64,000 nt of DNA from an uncultured Gemmatimonadales bacterium. GTDB taxonomy: Bacteria > Gemmatimonadota > Gemmatimonadetes > Gemmatimonadales > Gemmatimonadaceae. The notes beneath the pieces were generated by a model that worked only from the letters and a program-made list of their open reading frames with translations, was not told the DNA's origin and made no database searches. Below are positions 63,585-64,000 of this stretch, one piece after another. The stretch spans positions 32,001 through 96,000 of the forward strand of contig CAWKNZ010000012.1 of NCBI GenBank assembly GCA_963851265.1, in the 5' to 3' direction. Both the position numbers and the translations under genes were made by a program. Each line of letters begins with the position of its first letter. The first letter of the stretch is position 1.

Positions 63585-64000
63585 TCAAGCGCCTAACACG
63601 TCGCGCAGGACGTCGACGCCCTGCCGCAGGGCGACCTCGTCGAGCGGCGCGTATCCCAGCAGCAGCGCGCCGTCGGCCGCGCGCGGCGCGACGTGGTACA
63701 TCGAGAGCGGCGGCGCTTCCACGCCGCGCGCGGCGAGCGCCGCCGACACCGCCGCGTCGCTCCGCCCCGCGGGAAGCCAGCCGAGGAGATGCAGGCCGGC
63801 CGCCGCGGGACGGAGGGTGACCCGGCCCCGCAACTCGCGTTCGGCGAGCGCCACGAGCGCCGCCTGGCGGGCCGCGTACAGCGTCCGCATCCGCCGGACG
63901 TGCCGCGCGAAGTGCCCGTCGATGATGAAATCCGCGAGCACCGCCTGCTCGAGCGGCGACGCGGAACCGGCCGCGAACGCGCGCGCGCGTGCGAACGGTT
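63585..64000 (-). CDS. MocR/GabR-family regulator (PLP aminotransferase domain), C-terminal part; 5' end beyond the window
   Basis: EQAVLADFIIDGHFARHVRRMRTLYAARQ, AGLHLLGWL, LLLGYA. Confidence 0.88.
   Translation of the reverse strand, partial: PFARARAFAAGSASPLEQAVLADFIIDGHFARHVRRMRTLYAARQAALVALAERELRGRVTLRPAAAGLHLLGWLPAGRSDAAVSAALAARGVEAPPLSMYHVAPRAADGALLLGYAPLDEVALRQGVDVLRDVLGA

Overview
Very GC-rich (roughly 75% by eye) bacterial DNA, densely coding, with about 52 credible CDSs. Gene content and style (many orphan GAF/PAS histidine kinases, Tat-exported amidases and oxidoreductases, DUF1080/DUF6807 proteins) suggest Gemmatimonadota; this taxonomic call is an inference. I saw no rRNA, tRNA, CRISPR array, transposase or integrase. 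Most genes are accessory metabolic, regulatory or stress genes. Two things stand out. (1) A candidate replicon module at 9.8-13.4 kb: a RepA-like initiator with a C-terminal DnaA_N-like domain, divergent from an unknown tandem winged-helix protein, separated by a 750-bp non-coding region with inverted and direct iteron-like GCGTACCGTC repeats, a near-consensus DnaA box and an AT-richer stretch, with no parAB nearby. (2) A dispersed heptamer GTTAGGC/GCCTAAC found about 30 times by hand count, on both strands and in several reading frames, which accounts for almost all TTA codons I noticed and several stop codons. This points to DNA-level selection for a genome-wide signal. Start codons are best guesses, and product calls come from motif recognition without database searches.
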